NCBI GenBank assembly: GCA_043381765.1
Contig: JBHJMP010000839.1
Location: 1 to 52,573, forward strand
Reading direction: 5' to 3'
From: Collodictyon triciliatum
Lineage: Eukaryota
DNA: 52,573 nt
Part shown: positions 48,421 through 52,573 of the stretch, piece by piece
How positions within the stretch are numbered: the first letter of the stretch is position 1
How the letters are laid out: every line of letters begins with the position of its first letter
Position numbers and translations under genes: made by a program
The notes under the pieces: generated by a model
Database searches by the model: none
What the model was told of the DNA's origin: nothing
What the model saw: the letters and a program-made list of their open reading frames with translations, nothing else

Positions 48421-51400
48421 TCACTCTTGAGATAACCACACAATAAATGCGTGGCCTGTCTCAGACTTGTCATTCTTGCCCCAGACACGCAGCCATTCGC
48501 CACAAAAATACCGGAGCTGCTTCATCATAACCACCTTCTCGGCCATTTCAATGTGTCCCATTTGTGTATCCGCTAACTGAGCTGCGTTAAAAGCATCTAC
48601 TAGAGTAATAACTGCTCGTTTCAGCAAAATCCGGGCAGAGACCATTTGAACAGTTACAGCCTTTTCAGCCCATGCAATAATGACAGAATGTTTTTCCAGA
48701 AAAATTTTTGGCTCAAGTTCAATAAGTTGTGCCAGAAATATGCTCAGATAGCTCTCTCGAGAGTCACTCCCACTGATAATATTTGTCTTTCCTGCCTGAA
48801 AAAAATTGTCTGCCATCAGCACTTGGAGGATTTGATGAACATGTTGCTGGAAGAAGGCTTTCTCGGATGTTGCAAGGTTGCACAGGCACTCCACTTGTGT
48901 GAGGGACTGAACAGACAGGAGAGCTGTAACGAGCTGAGGCAAATAAATGCCGATGTTGACACCACAGCCCATGCGACTTATGGTACCCACTATATTGGCT
49001 GCAGAGTCGCGTATCCTGCTTGATTCGCATCTCTGAGATACATTTATTTGAATTTATGTTAATGTATGACGAGGTCTCTTGCATACTCACAGTCTGTCAA
49101 TCTCTATGCAGTTTGTTATGATGCAATTTTTTTGGGTTATGAATATAAATCCTATTCCCAGTCAATATGCATGTACTGACCTGAAGTAGTGGCATACACA
49201 CGTCCAACATATGAGTTGTTAGCGTATCATCAAGTGGGATTCCCCGCAGTTCTCTGAGAATGGAATCAGCGAGTTGCAGACTTGCAGGCAAGATAAAGCT
49301 GTCAACAGAATCCTCCTGCTCTTCTGGTGCCAGCGCCTGTTTCAGCATGTTTGGTTGTAAAATCGAGCTGAATTGAAAGAAAAATAACATATGACAGAAA
49401 TTCGATTATGTGGCATGTATGTTAAATGAATTCTAGTTGCTTTTGTGCTTATTCCAACATTCAATAAAGGGTTGGTTCCTTATAATTTCATATATGTAGT
49501 ATGATTGCAATAGTTAGTTGCTAAAGTATGACAAACTAGAATTCTTGCTGCCGACGTTTGCATGATTTTGATATTTATTCCATACAGATACACATGCGTG
49601 GATTGGTCAAAGTTACTCACCAGTCCGTATATTTGGGAGAGTGTATTTACAACAGCTGCGATACACTGGAAAAAAAAAATAGAAATGTAAAACAGTTGCT
49701 TGATGAATTAAGCAGAAAGGGGCATACTTCTGAATTTTTTTCTTCATCGAATTTGCTCCTGTATTAAACAAACTATACCTGAGTGCTGGAGATGCCTGAC
49801 AATATTTTTGCTAGGACTAAAATCAAGGGATGCAGCAGTTGAACACATTCAAGAGAGCATGAAGCGCGCCAAAACGTCTTAACAATCACATCTTGAAGAT
49901 ATATGAAACTTACCCCCTGACAAAGGCTCAAATTTAGTGCAACAAGGATGTATGAATAATCATTTGTTTGCTTAGCTAGGCATATCGAAATATGCGGTTT
50001 TCTGATGAGTGATGTTGAAAACAATCCTATCTTTCAAGATTCTCAGGATAGCCTATGTTGAAAAACAAAATAAAAATGGGTACAAACAGAATATAATTGC
50101 AAGGCTGTTGACATTGCGGATGATATTGCCAGAAGGACTGGTTTTAGCTGTTCTGGTGAAAGGAAGCAAATCATTTTCTGAATTGTACAACAAGCTGCTC
50201 TTTGCACTTGAGCATGTTCAGAATAGAACAAATATAAAACTCCCTATTTAAGATGCATATTAATCACACACAGCGTTTCAGTATTGAGTACTTTGGAATT
50301 GAAATGATTTATGGTGTATATGGATGCAAATTATTTGGTTAAATTGAGAACCTGCAAGGAGGGATAAAAGTAAATGGATGGTTCGTTTGAATAGTACATC
50401 CATTCGGAGTAATTACCCAAAGACCAACATGCTGTCACCTGGAGAACTGCCTGTCATTAATTAAAAAAATAAAATTAATTATCATTTTTTGGCCTTTCTG
50501 ATTCAAAAAACATTGAAATAGGGCTTTTTGTATTGAAAATGATACATTTTGATGTCTGATTCTGGAGTATAGATACGACGTTATGATTGGCACTTTATCG
50601 GGTATTATAGTTGTAAAGGGTTCCGATATCATCCCTAAGAAAAGTAAGAAGCTTTCTTCTTCTCCTTCTTGCATCACACAATTTAATCCTCTCTGAAAAA
50701 AAATTGATGATTCAGACAATTATTTCAATTATGCAGGTGACTACTTTCTGCTTGATACTATCATTTGTGAAATCATTTATAGGGATTATGATTGCATCTA
50801 TGATTCTTTGAATCGAATAAAGAGAAAAAAATGATTACATCTATGATTGGCTCTGCTCCTTCAATAACCTCTTTTTGGTAATGCACAGATAAAATGTTAA
50901 AAATTTCGATTGCAGAGCATCGCAAAGGCCATTCTCCGTTTTCATTCATGAAAATATCTGTTTCTGTGTCCGAAGCCGTAAAATAATGCACTTCCAACCC
51001 ACCTCTAAAACATGGGGATAAGCATATGAGAGGATGCCTTATTCCTTCATATGTCAAGCAAGTAAATAAAATGGAAGGAAATCGCTACCTTTCCTCTGCA
51101 TGAAAGTATTTCGGGTGCACAGAGTGAGAAAATTGGGCCGATGTTGTATGAAGGTCATTTGAATGAAAGGATTGATGATACGATGCATCCAATATCAATG
51201 TAAGGAAAATATCACCCACTAATCTGAAATAAGTACATCAGCATATTAAAAGGGATGCATCAATTAAAATAGTCATTCATGCTTCGCGTTGGCTGTGCTA
51301 AACTAAATCTAGTTGTAAAAATAAATTACTCTGGAGTAATGCTCTGTAACTCTGAATAAAGCATATCATCTCGAAATAAACTGAGAAAGAGCTCGAGTAG

Positions 51401-52379
51401 CGCAAGGCATATGTCCGAGGAACCTGCCTGTTAGATTGTTAGACGTGGGATCGAAAAGCGTGAAAAACAGAAAATATTGAGATATTTGAATTATTTCGAA
51501 AAGTAAGACAAAGGTACAACCTTGAATAATCGTTTTATGTACTCCATATTTTCTACGATATATACTACCACTCGTGATGAGCAGTCGTTAGCTAGAAAAC
51601 TCAGCAAAGAAACACAGAGGTTTTGCACCGCCAGGGATTCTACCGATTGGAAGAAATCAAGACACTGCATTTTGTCAGAGTTGAAGTTATCGATCTATCC
51701 ATGGAATAACTTCATAACCTGATTTCATTATCTTACATTAAACTGATGAATTATTATGCAGCGAAAATGCAACATAAGCATTATTGAACCTCAAGAATAT
51801 TGTCCACATCGATGTTAACATGGGGTCCAGGGATTGATAATCTACAATTTATCAGCCGAAGAGCGCCTAATCTCACTGCGTGTGGAAATGAAGAACGACA
51901 CAGATGTGTAGATAAACTGTCCATATCACGATAAAATTCATTTCCGTATCTATTTAGTGTTTCGTTACAGGAGAATATTTCTTCGGTGATAATCAATATC
52001 CCTTCAAGCGAGCACACTATTACATCAACTCTGTCTGAAGCCAGTAATTCTTTGGTCATTCTTGAAAACGTCTCCCAAACAATAATGGAATCCACCTTGC
52101 ATAATGCAGCAGACAGCACCATGTACAAGGCTCGTTGAGTGGTGGTCGACTGCAGGGAAACCGAACCTAACCAGACACAGAAACATCTCTGCAGTAGGGA
52201 CATGGTATATCCAACCAACAAGCTAGTATTATCCTGGGTCGTCTCCAGCCTCCCCATGAGGCGTCTCATCTGCAAGCTTATGCAAAGGCAGAAATCGCTT
52301 GTCGTTGCAGGACTGTCAAATAATATCTCTGTCAAGATGGGGATGCTAGAAGGGTTCTGTGGTGCCTGGTGAAGGAGCT
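48421..52379 (-). CDS. Divergent transportin-1/karyopherin-beta2-like HEAT-repeat protein (5' end outside window)
   Basis: Spliced EWPLRCSAIEIFNILSVHY...EESFLLFLGMISE...VTACWSLGNYSEWM...HAQVQRAACCTI...IRDSAANIVG parallels recalled transportin motifs (DWNLRKCSAAALDVL, ESGILVLGAIAE, ITCWTLSRYAHW, RVQEAACSAF, VRQSSFALLG). TGA at 48421. Confidence 0.72.
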
Positions 52380-52475
52380 GCAATAAACAAGTCGAGTAGG
52401 TTTATATTACACTTATGTTTATAATATCCCGTAGGGTTCGTTTGAAAGCAGTAAATATGAAATGAACGTCCAACG

Positions 52476-52573
52476 CAAACAAACAAACAAACAAACAAAC
52501 AAACAAACAAACAAACAAACAAACAAACAAACAAACAAACAAACAAACAAACAAACAAACAAACAAACAAACA
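52476..52573 (+). repeat. (CAAA)n microsatellite, intronic, truncated by the window end
   Basis: About 24 perfect 4-mers upstream of the acceptor near 52380 (minus strand). Confidence 0.97.

Noticed and set aside
51690-51720. Apparent in-frame TAG in the transportin-like gene suggesting stop-codon reassignment
   Set aside because: The TAG serves as the 3' splice site (catggatag|ATC GAT) and the frame is kept. All three stops terminate genes elsewhere in the window.

Overview
Intron-rich eukaryotic (protist-type) genomic scaffold with four assembly gaps and many intronic microsatellites. It uses the standard genetic code: TAA, TAG and TGA all occur as terminal stops. Exons were joined by hand at GT/GC-AG boundaries, giving 11 protein-coding genes in this order: 3' part of an EF-hand-like protein (+), M20 metallopeptidase (-), DENND10/FAM45 (+), UDP-sugar pyrophosphorylase (-), single-repeat Myb protein (-), DCAF12-like WD40 protein (+), a P4-ATPase/guanylyl cyclase chimera of at least 52 exons (-), a DUF506/PDDEXK_6-like protein (+), two tandem CDK9/CDKC-type kinases (+), and the 3' part of a divergent transportin-like HEAT protein (-). 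The most notable signal is the complete flippase-guanylyl cyclase fusion. It has intact P-type ATPase motifs and the swapped C1/C2 cyclase arrangement, and lies head-to-head with a member of a family described mainly from green plants, in a genome that does not obviously resemble the ciliates, apicomplexans or oomycetes from which such fusions are known. All family calls rest on recalled motifs; no database search was run, and exon boundaries are manual predictions.
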